In this document: positions 23,523-33,171 of the stretch, piece by piece
How the letters are laid out: the number at the start of each line of letters is the position of its first letter
How positions within the stretch are numbered: position 1 is the first letter of the stretch
DNA from: an uncultured Verrucomicrobiota bacterium
GTDB taxonomy: Bacteria; Verrucomicrobiota; Verrucomicrobiia; Limisphaerales; UBA9464
Direction of reading: 5' to 3'
DNA: 64,000 nucleotides
Assembly: GCA_903939515.1 (NCBI GenBank)
Contig: CAJAHH010000008.1
Coordinates: 84-64,083, forward strand
Translations under genes and position numbers: made by a program
The notes under the pieces: generated by a model
The model's input: only the letters and a program-made list of their open reading frames with translations
Database searches by the model: none
What the model was told of the DNA's origin: nothing

Positions 23523-25058
23523 TTATTCGCCGTTGGCGGCTCCGGTGAATCGCGACTCAGAGGTCGATTTAAGGACCAAAGTCGCCACCAATCCACGCTC
23601 CCGGCCTCGGGTTAATTCGAGGCGTCCCTGACAAGCGACCATGCACGTCTTCACGATGGCCAAACCCAGACCTGTGCCTCCGGTATCGCTCGAACGGGAC
23701 TGATCAGGCCGATAAAACGGTTCGCCCAATCGGCTCAAATCGGATTCAGAGACGCCCGGGCCGGAATCCACAACTCGCCAGAGCACCTGGTGCGGGCCCG
23801 AAGACACGGCCTCGATTTGTATGGGACCGTGGGCGGCAGCATGATTACGGGCGTTTCGCACGAGATTCCCCATGGCTCGCTCCACGAGTTCCGGATGCCC
23901 CATGGCCCGCAACTCCTCAGGCACCTGCACAGTGAGATTGAGCGCCTCGGGCATCTCCCGAGCCACCACCCGGCGAGTCATTTCGGCCAGAGGGAGAGAC
24001 GTCATCTCCGCGTCGGCGGGTTTCAGCGCCGCCTTGGAGAACTGGAGTAATTCATTCACCAAGGTGGACATGTGACGCACTTCTTCACGCACGTCGTCCA
24101 CATAGCACCGGACGTCGTCATTAGTCCGCTGCTCTAAGATCCCGAGTGCCATTTCCATTCGGGCCAGTGGCGAGCACAACTCGTGGGCAACATCTCCCAG
24201 AAACCGCTTTTGCCCGGTCACCAAGCCTTCCAACCGGACCGACATGCGATTAATCGCACCGCCCAGTCGACCCAACTCATCTCCACGCTCTTCGGGCACC
24301 ACGGTATTGAAGCGACCCTCAGCGATACGCTCGGTTGCGGCCGAGATTTGAGAGACGGATCGAGTGATTCCCCGCACGAACGGCAACCACCAAAGCACCG
24401 AGACAGCGATCACCGCCGAAGCGGCCCAGAACCAGGATTGGACATCAAAGAATAAACCGCCTGCCGACAAGGTCTCCGAGACCATCGCTATGCGCACCCC
24501 TCGCGGAAGACCCGGTCCACGAATCGGATTGCCATGGACCAACCAATACTTCGCTGGACTACCGGCTCGAAGAAAGACCCGTGGCCCTCCCATCGAGGAC
24601 CGCGGCCCGGATCGCTGGGGTGGCGGCCCAGGAGTTCCCATGGGCCCCGGCTCGAAATGATCCTCGGGTGGCTTTCCTGGCGGCGGCCCCGACCTTCGGT
24701 CATCAAACCCACCAGGGCCCGGCAGTGCCAATGCGCGGAGGCGGAGCGCCAACTCGGCGGGCACCTCCAGCTTGGCTCCCAAAAAGAGGGACCCGTCTTC
24801 CCGCAACAGCATCAGGCGCACCGGATAGGCTTCCTCGAAGCGGGCCATCGCCCGTTCCCACTCGACGATCGGGCGGTCCCGCAATTCGGCCATCAACGCC
24901 CCGGCTGGAGCCTGAGAACGATCCCCTGCGGCCCGGCCCAGCAACGATTCCCCACCGAGCTCGGTCCACAGGAAGACCCCAAAAGCGCCCCCCAAAATAA
25001 GCAGGTTCAGGAGCAGCCAGATGAGGATACGGCTGAACAGTGGAATTCGAAGGGTCAT
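23523..25058 (-). CDS. Sensor histidine kinase (2 TM, HAMP, HisKA, HATPase; CpxA/BaeS-like)
   Basis: HAMP RGDELGRLG..INRM; H-box DVAHELCSPLARM; N-box NLVRNA; DSGPGV; GTGLGLAIV. Confidence 0.95.
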   Translation of the reverse strand: MTLRIPLFSRILIWLLLNLLILGGAFGVFLWTELGGESLLGRAAGDRSQAPAGALMAELRDRPIVEWERAMARFEEAYPVRLMLLREDGSLFLGAKLEVPAELALRLRALALPGPGGFDDRRSGPPPGKPPEDHFEPGPMGTPGPPPQRSGPRSSMGGPRVFLRAGSPAKYWLVHGNPIRGPGLPRGVRIAMVSETLSAGGLFFDVQSWFWAASAVIAVSVLWWLPFVRGITRSVSQISAATERIAEGRFNTVVPEERGDELGRLGGAINRMSVRLEGLVTGQKRFLGDVAHELCSPLARMEMALGILEQRTNDDVRCYVDDVREEVRHMSTLVNELLQFSKAALKPADAEMTSLPLAEMTRRVVAREMPEALNLTVQVPEELRAMGHPELVERAMGNLVRNARNHAAAHGPIQIEAVSSGPHQVLWRVVDSGPGVSESDLSRLGEPFYRPDQSRSSDTGGTGLGLAIVKTCMVACQGRLELTRGRERGLVATLVLKSTSESRFTGAANGE

Positions 25059-25798
25059 TCAGGATCCTCCGGATCGACCATCATGTAGCCCGCCGAACGG
25101 AGCGTGCGGATGAAGCGCGGATGCTTGGGGTCGTCGTTGAGTTTTTTGCGCAGTGCCGAGATGTGCACATCGATAGAGCGGTCAAACACGTCGTAGTCCC
25201 GCTCTCGAATCTCGTCGAGCAACGCCTCTCGGGTCTTGACCCGTCCACGGGCCTTGGCGAGCGAGAGCAACAGGTCGTACTCCACCGGGGTCAAGCTCAG
25301 CGGGACATCGCCCAAAACGGCAGATCGAGAGGCCGGACGAACCCGCAGCGGGCCCACCACAACTTCTCCCTCCGACGTGGCATCAGGCCCCGGGGTGCGG
25401 ACCGTGCGTCGAGTGACCGCCCGCAATCTCGCCAGGAGTTCTCGGGTGGAAAAGGTCTTGGGCAGGTAGTCGTCGGCTCCCATTTCCAGACCGACGATTC
25501 GGTCGGCTTCGTCCCCTCTGGCCGTGAGCATCAGCACAGGCACGTCCACCTTGGCGCGGATCCGTTTAAGAACCTCGAATCCGTCCAAACCCGGCAGCAT
25601 GAGATCGAGGAGGATCGCATGCCACGGCTCCCCAACCGCACGGTCCACACCTTCAGGACCTGTGTGAACGGCCTCCACCAAATATCCCATGGGAGCGAGA
25701 TAATCGCGAATCAGGCGGCAAAGCTTCCGGTCATCATCGATAACCAAGATACGGGGCAGCGTGTCCCGGGATGCGGAGTCGGCGTGATTGGATTTCAT
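25055..25798 (-). CDS. OmpR-family response regulator (CpxR-like)
   Basis: ILVIDDD, LLDLMLPGLDG, GLEMGADDYLPK and winged helix DRSIDVHISALRKKL..IRTLRSAGY. Confidence 0.95.
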   Translation of the reverse strand: MKSNHADSASRDTLPRILVIDDDRKLCRLIRDYLAPMGYLVEAVHTGPEGVDRAVGEPWHAILLDLMLPGLDGFEVLKRIRAKVDVPVLMLTARGDEADRIVGLEMGADDYLPKTFSTRELLARLRAVTRRTVRTPGPDATSEGEVVVGPLRVRPASRSAVLGDVPLSLTPVEYDLLLSLAKARGRVKTREALLDEIRERDYDVFDRSIDVHISALRKKLNDDPKHPRFIRTLRSAGYMMVDPEDPE

Positions 25799-26002
25799 GA
25801 GAAAAACAAGGGCAACCCATCGGTCTTGATGACCAGCAGCCTAGTCGGCACCGAGAGGAACCAGACACATATTTACGCCTGCTTAACAATTTTCCGCGCG
25901 AGACACATCATTTCATTACAGAAGTGGCGTCTTATGTTTCTAGAACGACATGGCGAGGGTTCGCCAAGCGTCCACTCCAACAACACACACTATCCATCCA
26001 CG

Positions 26003-26380
26003 ATGAAAACACTGAATCACACCTTACTGGCACTGGCACTGGCTGGCGCAACTCTCACAGCCATCGCCCAAAATGAGGAGCGCCCCCAGCCTCCTGGCGG
26101 TCCTGAAGGTCCTGGCGGACGGCCGCGGATGGTCTCCCCATTGATGGAAGCCCTCGATAAGAATCATGACGGCCTTCTGGATGCCGACGAAATCAAGAAT
26201 GCCGCAACGGCCTTGCTGAAACTCGACAAGAATGGTGACGGCAAACTCACCCAAGAAGAACTCCGACCGGCTCGACCGGCGGGTGGTCGTGGTCCCGGTG
26301 GTCCTGGTGGTCCCGGTGGACCTGATCGGGAAGGTCGCCCCCAAGGCGAGGGCCGTCCAGGGCGTCCTGAAAAACAGTAA
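26003..26380 (+). CDS. Secreted EF-hand protein with Gly/Pro-rich tails
   Basis: Signal peptide MKTLNHTLLALALAGATLTAIAQ; EF loops DKNHDGLLDADE and DKNGDGKLTQEE. True start is ATG 26003, not 25040. Confidence 0.88.
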   Translation: MKTLNHTLLALALAGATLTAIAQNEERPQPPGGPEGPGGRPRMVSPLMEALDKNHDGLLDADEIKNAATALLKLDKNGDGKLTQEELRPARPAGGRGPGGPGGPGGPDREGRPQGEGRPGRPEKQ

Positions 26381-26402
26381 TCTCCTCACCTAAAGACTCC
26401 AC

Positions 26403-26445
26403 ACCGGCGACTTCCACTCCTTGAGGAAGTCGCCGGTTTGCTTTT
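26403..26445 (+). terminator. Intrinsic terminator
   Basis: 13-bp stem ACCGGCGACTTCC/GGAAGTCGCCGGT followed by TTGCTTTT. Confidence 0.75.
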
Positions 26446-26501
26446 CTGAAACACTTAATCAGGGGAAGCCCGGTTGAGGAGTCCAGCACTAGCAAAAAAA
26501 A

Positions 26502-28022
26502 CTAATCCCGGCCCAAGACCCATCGGGCCAATTGCACTAGGGAGGCGGGCTGTCCGGTCCGCAACACGGCCGTCCTGAAAATGCGAGCGCAGCCCCACAG
26601 GACAGCTACATCGGAAAGCAGCAACAGAACCAGGGTCCCTATCACCTCTCGCAATGGAGGGTTGGCCGCGACCCGGTTCATCATCACGAACGGCGTATAG
26701 GGCGGTATCCAGGACAACACCGTCGCCACCGGGCCATTCGGATCCTTGGGTATAAAGGCGATCGAAACCAAGGGAACCATCATCAGCAAGGCGATGACTC
26801 CGGTGAAATTCTGAGCCTCCTTTAGATTGTTGCAGGTGCTGCCCAAAGCCAAAATCACCGCGGCATAGAAAAGATAGCCGAGCAGAAAATAGAGAACGAA
26901 CGCGGGCAGCAGCCAGGAATCTAGCAGCAAGGTGGCCAACTCCAGAGGTAAGCGGTGAGCAATGGAATCCGCCGCCATAGCCGCAGCCCCCGCCGTGTGG
27001 AGGGTCCAAAAGGTCATTAAGACCAACGACCCGATCCAGCCCAGGGTCATCACGGCGCCGACGGCGGCCACACCCACTAACTTTCCAGTCATCAACTCGA
27101 GCGGCGTCACCGAGGAGAGCAACACTTCCAAGATCCGGTTAGAGCGTTCCTCGATCAGTGAATTGAGCAGCATCTGGGAGATGCTGAACACGGCGATCCA
27201 CAGCAGGTACACGAATGCACTGGGAGCCCATTGCCTGAGCAAATCCGCCACCCCCACCTGCTCCTCGCCTTCAGCTTTGCGGGGATTAAAACTCATCAAC
27301 TGCGCCTGCGAGCCCTCCACTCGGGCGATGCTCGATGGGTCCATCCCCAATCGGGAGTACTCGCGGCTTCGAAAATTCCTCGAAAGGGCGTCAACCAGAC
27401 GGTCCTGCAACTGAGTATCGGCCTGATTGACGGACCAAAACCTCAGGATCGGCGGTGCATTGGAGGTGAGTCCGTCCTGCAGGATGGCGACGGCGAAGAG
27501 CGGTACTTCTTCGTCGACTCCCACCGGCTTAAAAAGGCGTCCTGCCCTCATCCAGTCCCGGAGGCGGCCCTCAAACTCGGAAAGATCACCCCGCCACTGC
27601 AACTCTGAGGGCAGTGCTACCAGACGATTGAGCGGGGCTGGAGGCGCGAACTGGCCCGCATCGGCTTTCATCAGCGGCCCCAAATCTTTCTGCAACCTCG
27701 ACCACGCCTGAGGTTGTTTATCCACCGCCGGAAGGGCCTGACCCGGCTTTAGCCTCGAAGCGGCCCATTCGCGAAAGTGAAATAATTCACGACGAGATTC
27801 AGCCGTCTTCAGTTGGTCGAGAACCACATCGAACAAGCGCTCGCCGGCCGTCGTATCGATCAGAGCGACATGGCGGGTGGGAGTCCCCTTGCGGGCCAGG
27901 ATCAGCGGCACCTGGGAAGCGACCAACCAGAGCAACGGAACCAACAGGATTCCAAACCAGAACCCCCGGGTCTGGGTGTTGTCGAGGAATTCGCGAACCG
28001 CAATCAACAGGGCGTTTCTCAT
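26502..28022 (-). CDS. ABC-2 type permease (NatB/YhaP-like)
   Basis: IAVREF N-terminus, large extracytoplasmic loop, LIEERSNRILEVLLSSV..LMTGK and several C-terminal TM helices. Confidence 0.9.
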   Translation of the reverse strand: MRNALLIAVREFLDNTQTRGFWFGILLVPLLWLVASQVPLILARKGTPTRHVALIDTTAGERLFDVVLDQLKTAESRRELFHFREWAASRLKPGQALPAVDKQPQAWSRLQKDLGPLMKADAGQFAPPAPLNRLVALPSELQWRGDLSEFEGRLRDWMRAGRLFKPVGVDEEVPLFAVAILQDGLTSNAPPILRFWSVNQADTQLQDRLVDALSRNFRSREYSRLGMDPSSIARVEGSQAQLMSFNPRKAEGEEQVGVADLLRQWAPSAFVYLLWIAVFSISQMLLNSLIEERSNRILEVLLSSVTPLELMTGKLVGVAAVGAVMTLGWIGSLVLMTFWTLHTAGAAAMAADSIAHRLPLELATLLLDSWLLPAFVLYFLLGYLFYAAVILALGSTCNNLKEAQNFTGVIALLMMVPLVSIAFIPKDPNGPVATVLSWIPPYTPFVMMNRVAANPPLREVIGTLVLLLLSDVAVLWGCARIFRTAVLRTGQPASLVQLARWVLGRD

Positions 28023-28942
28023 CGTAAAGCGGTCTCCCGGGCACTCGGACCTACCAAATGGACAAACACTTCGTGGAGATCCGGATCCTGGACATCGAAG
28101 CGCCGCAATCGGAGCGATCGTTCGAAGCAGGATTCCAACACCGCCGAGGCAGACGCCCCGGGTTCGAGCTCCAATCGCCAGCGGTTGCTGCTGTGAGCCT
28201 CCATCGAGCGCACGCCAGGAAGGATTCCCAGCAGGGGCGAGGCCTCCGCAGTCTCCAGAGTGATCCGAATGGGCAACAGGGAACGAGCCTCGGCTACGGT
28301 GCCCTCGAAGAGCCCGCGCCCACCGCCAAGGATGATTAATCGATCACAAAGACGCTCGGCATGGGACATGACATGAGTGGAAAAGAGAATCGTGCAACCC
28401 CGGGCCTTGAGATCGATGAGGATTTCCTCCAGTACCTCCTGGTTGACCGGATCAAGGCCGGAAAACGGCTCATCGAAGAGGACCAGTTCGGGATCGTGGG
28501 CAATCGACGCGAGCACCTGAACTTTCTGTCCCATGCCCTTGGACAGGGTTTCCACCTTTTTGTCCGCGAAAGCTCCTAGTCCATATCGACCCAACAACTC
28601 TCGGGCTCGTTGATTGGCTCGGGCGCTGGAAAGTCCTTTGAGCGTGGCGAAGTAAGCGATGACAGAGGTGGCCGTCATCTTGAAGTACAAACCCTTTTCT
28701 TCAGGCAAGTAGCCCACCCGATTGCGAACCGACATCGCCGAGGGAGATCCAAGCACCGACAGTTCACCGGAGTCGGGCGAGAGCATGCCCAAGATCATTC
28801 GCAGGGTGGTAGTTTTACCCGCGCCATTGGGCCCCAAAAAACCATAAACCGAGCCCGCAGGAACCGACAGGGAGAGATCTTGGACCGCGTGAAAACGCCC
28901 GAATGACTTTGAAACATGTCGGAGTTCCAACGCAGCGGTCAT
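28019..28942 (-). CDS. ABC transporter ATP-binding protein (NatA/YhaQ-like)
   Basis: GPNGAGKTT, LSKGMGQK, LFDEPFSGLDPVN, FSTH. Confidence 0.93.
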   Translation of the reverse strand: MTAALELRHVSKSFGRFHAVQDLSLSVPAGSVYGFLGPNGAGKTTTLRMILGMLSPDSGELSVLGSPSAMSVRNRVGYLPEEKGLYFKMTATSVIAYFATLKGLSSARANQRARELLGRYGLGAFADKKVETLSKGMGQKVQVLASIAHDPELVLFDEPFSGLDPVNQEVLEEILIDLKARGCTILFSTHVMSHAERLCDRLIILGGGRGLFEGTVAEARSLLPIRITLETAEASPLLGILPGVRSMEAHSSNRWRLELEPGASASAVLESCFERSLRLRRFDVQDPDLHEVFVHLVGPSARETALR

Positions 28943-29086
28943 GGGTTGACAGTGTTCCTGTCGTTCCGCATCGACAAGAACATCCCCACTTCCGGATATC
29001 CAAGCATTGAGGATCGGTTTGTTTCAGAATCGGAACAGCTTCTCGGATTCCCTCCGGGATCCACTGCAGGCATCCTACGGCGCACA

Positions 29087-30343
29087 ATGAAACCGACCGC
29101 CCATTCCTTCACCGTCAATGGACGCACTTACACCCCCCCGGCCCAGCCCGTGGCGGTGCTGTGCCTCGACGGTTCTGCCGATGCCTATCTGGATGCTGCG
29201 ATGGCCCGCGGTTTAATGCCTCATGCCCAGCGATTGGCCGTCCAGGGGTGGCGAGGGTCGGCTCGGGCCGCTATGCCCACCTTCACCAACGTCAACAATA
29301 GCTCGATCGTCACGGGCGTGCCTCCGTCGGTCCACGGGATCGGCGGCAATTTCTTCTACGACACCTCCATTGGGCAGGAAGTGATGATGAACTCATCGAG
29401 CTTTCTCCGGGTGCCCACGTTGTTCCCTGCCGCCCAATCCGCCGGTCGCAAGGTGGCGGTAGTCACGGCCAAAGAAAAACTCCGAGACATCTTCGCCAGC
29501 GGCTTGATCAGCAAGGGCGGCATCGCTTTTTCCTCCGAAAAGGCCCGCGACGCTGCGCTGAGCACCCACGGCATCGAGAGTGTGGAAACGCTGTCCGGCC
29601 CAACCCCAGCCATTTATTCGGGCGACGCCTCGTTGTACGTCCTGAGGGCGGGAGTGCAATTGCTTCGGGCCGGCCGAGCCGATTTCCTCTACCTCAGCAC
29701 CACCGATTTCATGCAGCACAAGTATGTGCCGGATGCACCAGAGGCCCTCGCCTTCTACGCAAGCATCGACGCGGAGGTTGGACAATTGCTCTCGCTCGGA
29801 GCCGTGGTGGGGATCACCGCCGATCACGGCATGAACTCCAAGCAGCGCGCCGATGGGACACCCAACGTGGTCTATCTGGAGTCGGAACTCAACGCGCGCT
29901 GGGGAGAGGGCTTCCGGGTCATCCTGCCGATCACGGACCCCTACGTCGTCCATCACGGAGCCTTAGGTTCCTTTGCTCAAGTTCACCTGCCGACCGACCG
30001 GTCGGTCTCCTTGGCCGAGGTCCTCGACTTCGTGGCTACTTTGCCCGGGATCACCGAGGTGCTGCCCCGCGATCAAGCCGCTCGGCGGATGGAACTCCCG
30101 GCCGACCGCATGGGCGACTTGGTCGTCTGCTCCGGTCGAGATGCGGTGATTGGTCGGACCCCCGCCTACCATGACCTGAAGGCCATCGAGGGCGGTCTCC
30201 GCTCGCACGGCGGACGATACGAAGAGCTCGTCCCCTTCATCTTCAGCCATCCGCTGCGTCCTGAATACGCAGCCCGAGCTCTGGGTGACCCTCGGAACTT
30301 TGACATCTTCGACTTTACCTGCAACGGCACCACCGCTCTCTAA
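29087..30343 (+). CDS. phnA: Phosphonoacetate hydrolase
   Basis: VNGRTY..P, LCLDG, MPTFTNVNN, YLSTTDFMQHK, ITADHGMN, VILPITDPYVVHHGALGSFA, LRSHGG, RNFDIF. Confidence 0.92.
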   Translation: MKPTAHSFTVNGRTYTPPAQPVAVLCLDGSADAYLDAAMARGLMPHAQRLAVQGWRGSARAAMPTFTNVNNSSIVTGVPPSVHGIGGNFFYDTSIGQEVMMNSSSFLRVPTLFPAAQSAGRKVAVVTAKEKLRDIFASGLISKGGIAFSSEKARDAALSTHGIESVETLSGPTPAIYSGDASLYVLRAGVQLLRAGRADFLYLSTTDFMQHKYVPDAPEALAFYASIDAEVGQLLSLGAVVGITADHGMNSKQRADGTPNVVYLESELNARWGEGFRVILPITDPYVVHHGALGSFAQVHLPTDRSVSLAEVLDFVATLPGITEVLPRDQAARRMELPADRMGDLVVCSGRDAVIGRTPAYHDLKAIEGGLRSHGGRYEELVPFIFSHPLRPEYAARALGDPRNFDIFDFTCNGTTAL

Positions 30344-30350
30344 ACCTGCT

Positions 30351-31643
30351 GTGAGCCACCGCTCTGATAGTTGGGCCTCTCGAGCCCTCCGCCGTTTTCC
30401 TGGAGGCTCCAACGGTGAATTTGGCGTCCCTCCAGAACTCTTGGTCGTGCCGGAGCGCGGAAACGGCGCACGGATCTGGGACACAGAGGGTCGAGAATTC
30501 CTGGACTTCACCATGGCTTGGGGATCGGCGCTAGTGGGGCACGCTCATCCCAAGGTGGTGGAGGCAGCCACTACCGCGGCGCGCGATGGGTTGAACTTCG
30601 CTTCCCTGAACCGACGTTCCATCGAGTTGGCTGAGCGAATTTGCTCGGTGAGTCCCTGCGCTGAGCGGATCCGTTTCGTTGCATCGGGCACCGAGGCCAC
30701 CCTGCTCTGTCTGCGAGTGGCCCATGCCGCGACCGGACGTCCGAAAGTACTGCGATTCGAGGGCGCCTACCACGGCCAGCATGCGGTCGGAGTGGCAGGA
30801 ATGATTCACAGCCGGCCTACCAACTTACCCACCTGCGATACGGCGGGCGCCGGTGCCCCCTGGACCGAACACAATGTGCTCGTAGCGCCCTACAATGACC
30901 TCGAGGGAACCACCCAAATTCTCAAGGCTCACGCCTCATCGCTGGCGGCGGTGATCGTGGAGCCATTGCATCGATGCCTCAAACCCCGACCCGGTTTTCT
31001 GGAGGGTTTGCGCGCACTCACCCGACAGCATGGCATCGTTCTCATCTTCGACGAAGTAGTGACCGGCTTTCGGCTCGCACCCGGCGGCGCCCAAGAATAC
31101 TACGGCGTGATCCCCGATTTGGTGGCTTATGGAAAAGCCCTCGGTGGCGGCTTCCCGATTGGGGCCTTTGCCGGCCGGGCCGAAATCATGGAAGTCTTGG
31201 AGGAACAACGACTACCCGGCCCCCGCTATGTCTGGAGCGCCTCCACCACGGGCGGCAACCCCGTGTCCTGTGCGGCCGCCCTCGCCACTCTGGACATCCT
31301 CTTGCAACCGGGTGTGCATGCCGAACTGCACGCACTGGGTCACCGCTTCCGCAACGGACTCCAATCGGTCGTCCAAAACGCCGGGGAATACGCGCAAATC
31401 CTGGGAGATGGACCTCTAGGCCAGGTAGCCTTCTCAGCGACCCCAGTCACCGACCATATCTCTTGGTTGGCCAGCGACCGGGCCCGCGGTGGCCGACTCA
31501 TGCTGGAGTTGTTAGCTCGTGGTATTTTCCTCAACCCGATGGGCACCAAGCTCTACCTGTCACTCGACCATTCCGAGTCCGTCTTGGCGCGCTTCATGGA
31601 GGCTTTTGCTGAGGCCCTGCAAGCATCAGCGACTCCTCGGTGA
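30351..31643 (+). CDS. Class III PLP aminotransferase, HemL/GSAM-like paralog
   Basis: SGTEA, FEGAYHG, LIFDEVVTGFR, GKALGGGFPIGA (PLP lysine), GGNPVSCAAALATL. GTG start 7 nt after the phnA stop. Confidence 0.9.
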   Translation: MSHRSDSWASRALRRFPGGSNGEFGVPPELLVVPERGNGARIWDTEGREFLDFTMAWGSALVGHAHPKVVEAATTAARDGLNFASLNRRSIELAERICSVSPCAERIRFVASGTEATLLCLRVAHAATGRPKVLRFEGAYHGQHAVGVAGMIHSRPTNLPTCDTAGAGAPWTEHNVLVAPYNDLEGTTQILKAHASSLAAVIVEPLHRCLKPRPGFLEGLRALTRQHGIVLIFDEVVTGFRLAPGGAQEYYGVIPDLVAYGKALGGGFPIGAFAGRAEIMEVLEEQRLPGPRYVWSASTTGGNPVSCAAALATLDILLQPGVHAELHALGHRFRNGLQSVVQNAGEYAQILGDGPLGQVAFSATPVTDHISWLASDRARGGRLMLELLARGIFLNPMGTKLYLSLDHSESVLARFMEAFAEALQASATPR

Positions 31644-31680
31644 ACTGCTCCCAATCCTTTTTCCTGAATTGTCCAAACCG

Positions 31681-33093
31681 ATGAACCTCAAGAGCCTCGT
31701 CGCCGGAAAACCGATCGATTCGGATTCCGTGCTCACTGTCCGCAACCCCTACGACCAATCCATCTCGGGTACGGTCACCTTGGCCTCACGCCAGCACGCC
31801 CTGGAAGCGATCGCCGCAGCCACAGCGTTCCGGGACACCCCCACCCGCTTCCAGCGGTCCGAGATTCTGGAGAAGACCCGGAGCGCGCTCGAAAGTCGGC
31901 GTGAGGAGTTCGCACGCATCATCACCTCCGAGACCGGTCTGGCGCTGCGAGAAGCGCGCTATGAGGTCGGACGGACGGTGGATGTTCTCCGCTTCGCCGC
32001 CATGGAGGCCTTGCGCGATGACGGTCAGATTTTCTCGTGCGATATTTCCGCACAAGGCAAGGCACGCAAAATTTTCACTACGCGGGAACCGTTGCGCTGC
32101 GCGGTGGCCATCACTCCGTTCAACCATCCATTGAACCAGGTGGCCCACAAGCTGGGGCCCGCCATTGCCGCCGGAACACCCATCATCCTCAAGCCTTCCG
32201 AAAAGACGCCGCTGGTCGCTTTGCGTTTTGCCGAACTGCTCCATGCATCCGGACTTCCGGGACCGATGTTGAGCGTGCTGCTCGGACCGACCTCGGAGAT
32301 CGCAGAAGTGCTGGTCGGACACCCGGAGGTCGAGGTGGTCGCCTTCACCGGCAGCGTGCCGGTCGGAAAGAAGATAGCCGCCACGGCAGGCTACAAGAAG
32401 CTAGTCCTGGAACTGGGAGGTAATGATCCCCTCATCGTCCTAGAAGACGCGGACCTAAACCTGGCCGTCACGCTGGCCGCCGAAGGCAGTTACCGAAACT
32501 CCGGCCAACGCTGCACGGCGGTCAAACGCATCCTCGTCCAAGAGTCCATCGCCGAGGAGTTTACACTGGCCTTGGTCGAACGAACCCGAGAATACGTCTG
32601 TGGGAATCCTTTTGATGAGGCAACCAAGGTCGGCACGGTCATCGACGAGGCTGCGGCTCGCTCGCTGGAGGCGGTCGTGCACGAGGCCGTGGCTCAGGGC
32701 GCGCGGGTACTCATCGGCGGTGAGCGCAAGGGGGCGTTGCTGCAACCCACGGTCATCGACCGAGTACCCCGCGATTGCCGCATGGTGGTGTGCGAGAGCT
32801 TTGGACCGCTGGCCCCCATCGTTACAGTCCGCGATTTGGACGATGCGCTCACTCTCGCCAACTCGACCGCCTACGGCCTGAGTTCAGGCGTTGTGACCAA
32901 CAATTTGGCCCATGCCCTCAAGGCAATTAAGACGCTGCGTTGCGGTACGGTAAACATCAACGAAGTGCCCGGCTTTCGAGTCGAGAGCTCGCCCTTCGGC
33001 GGGATCAAGGACAGCGGGTTGGGCATCAAAGAAGGCGTGATCGAAGCCATCAAAGGCTACAGCTACGTCAAGACGTTCAGCTTGCCCTGGTAA
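31681..33093 (+). CDS. phnY: Phosphonoacetaldehyde dehydrogenase
   Basis: ALDH motifs ITPFNHPLN, FTGS, LELGGNDP, ESFGP; PhnY-type DDGQIFSCD..GKARKIFT.REPL and NSGQRCTAVKR; clustered with phnA. Confidence 0.9.
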   Translation: MNLKSLVAGKPIDSDSVLTVRNPYDQSISGTVTLASRQHALEAIAAATAFRDTPTRFQRSEILEKTRSALESRREEFARIITSETGLALREARYEVGRTVDVLRFAAMEALRDDGQIFSCDISAQGKARKIFTTREPLRCAVAITPFNHPLNQVAHKLGPAIAAGTPIILKPSEKTPLVALRFAELLHASGLPGPMLSVLLGPTSEIAEVLVGHPEVEVVAFTGSVPVGKKIAATAGYKKLVLELGGNDPLIVLEDADLNLAVTLAAEGSYRNSGQRCTAVKRILVQESIAEEFTLALVERTREYVCGNPFDEATKVGTVIDEAAARSLEAVVHEAVAQGARVLIGGERKGALLQPTVIDRVPRDCRMVVCESFGPLAPIVTVRDLDDALTLANSTAYGLSSGVVTNNLAHALKAIKTLRCGTVNINEVPGFRVESSPFGGIKDSGLGIKEGVIEAIKGYSYVKTFSLPW

Positions 33094-33110
33094 GTCGGTG
33101 ATCCGCGTCA

Positions 33111-33157
33111 GGGCGGCTTGGCAAGGACTGGCCCTTGGAGGCCAACACAAGCCGCCC
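33111..33157. terminator. Hairpin between convergent phnY and M13 peptidase genes
   Basis: GGGCGGCTTG...CAAGCCGCCC inverted repeat; no clear U tract. Confidence 0.5.
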
Positions 33158-33171
33158 CGACTCTCTGTCGA

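Noticed and set aside
25040-26002. 446-aa ORF joining an antisense frame of the response regulator to the EF-hand protein
   Set aside because: The upstream part is a GC-rich shadow frame; a signal peptide starts at ATG 26003.
26291-26320. 9-bp tandem repeat GGTCC(C/T)GGT, and a 15-bp repeat near 38800-38835
   Set aside because: In-frame low-complexity coding repeats (GPG, KPAAL); not CRISPR or phase-variation tracts. No CRISPR array was seen in the window.
28943-29086. Pho box upstream of phnA
   Set aside because: No convincing CTGTCAT-N4 tandem repeat; the CTGTC/GACAG words overlap the candidate promoter of the divergent ABC gene.
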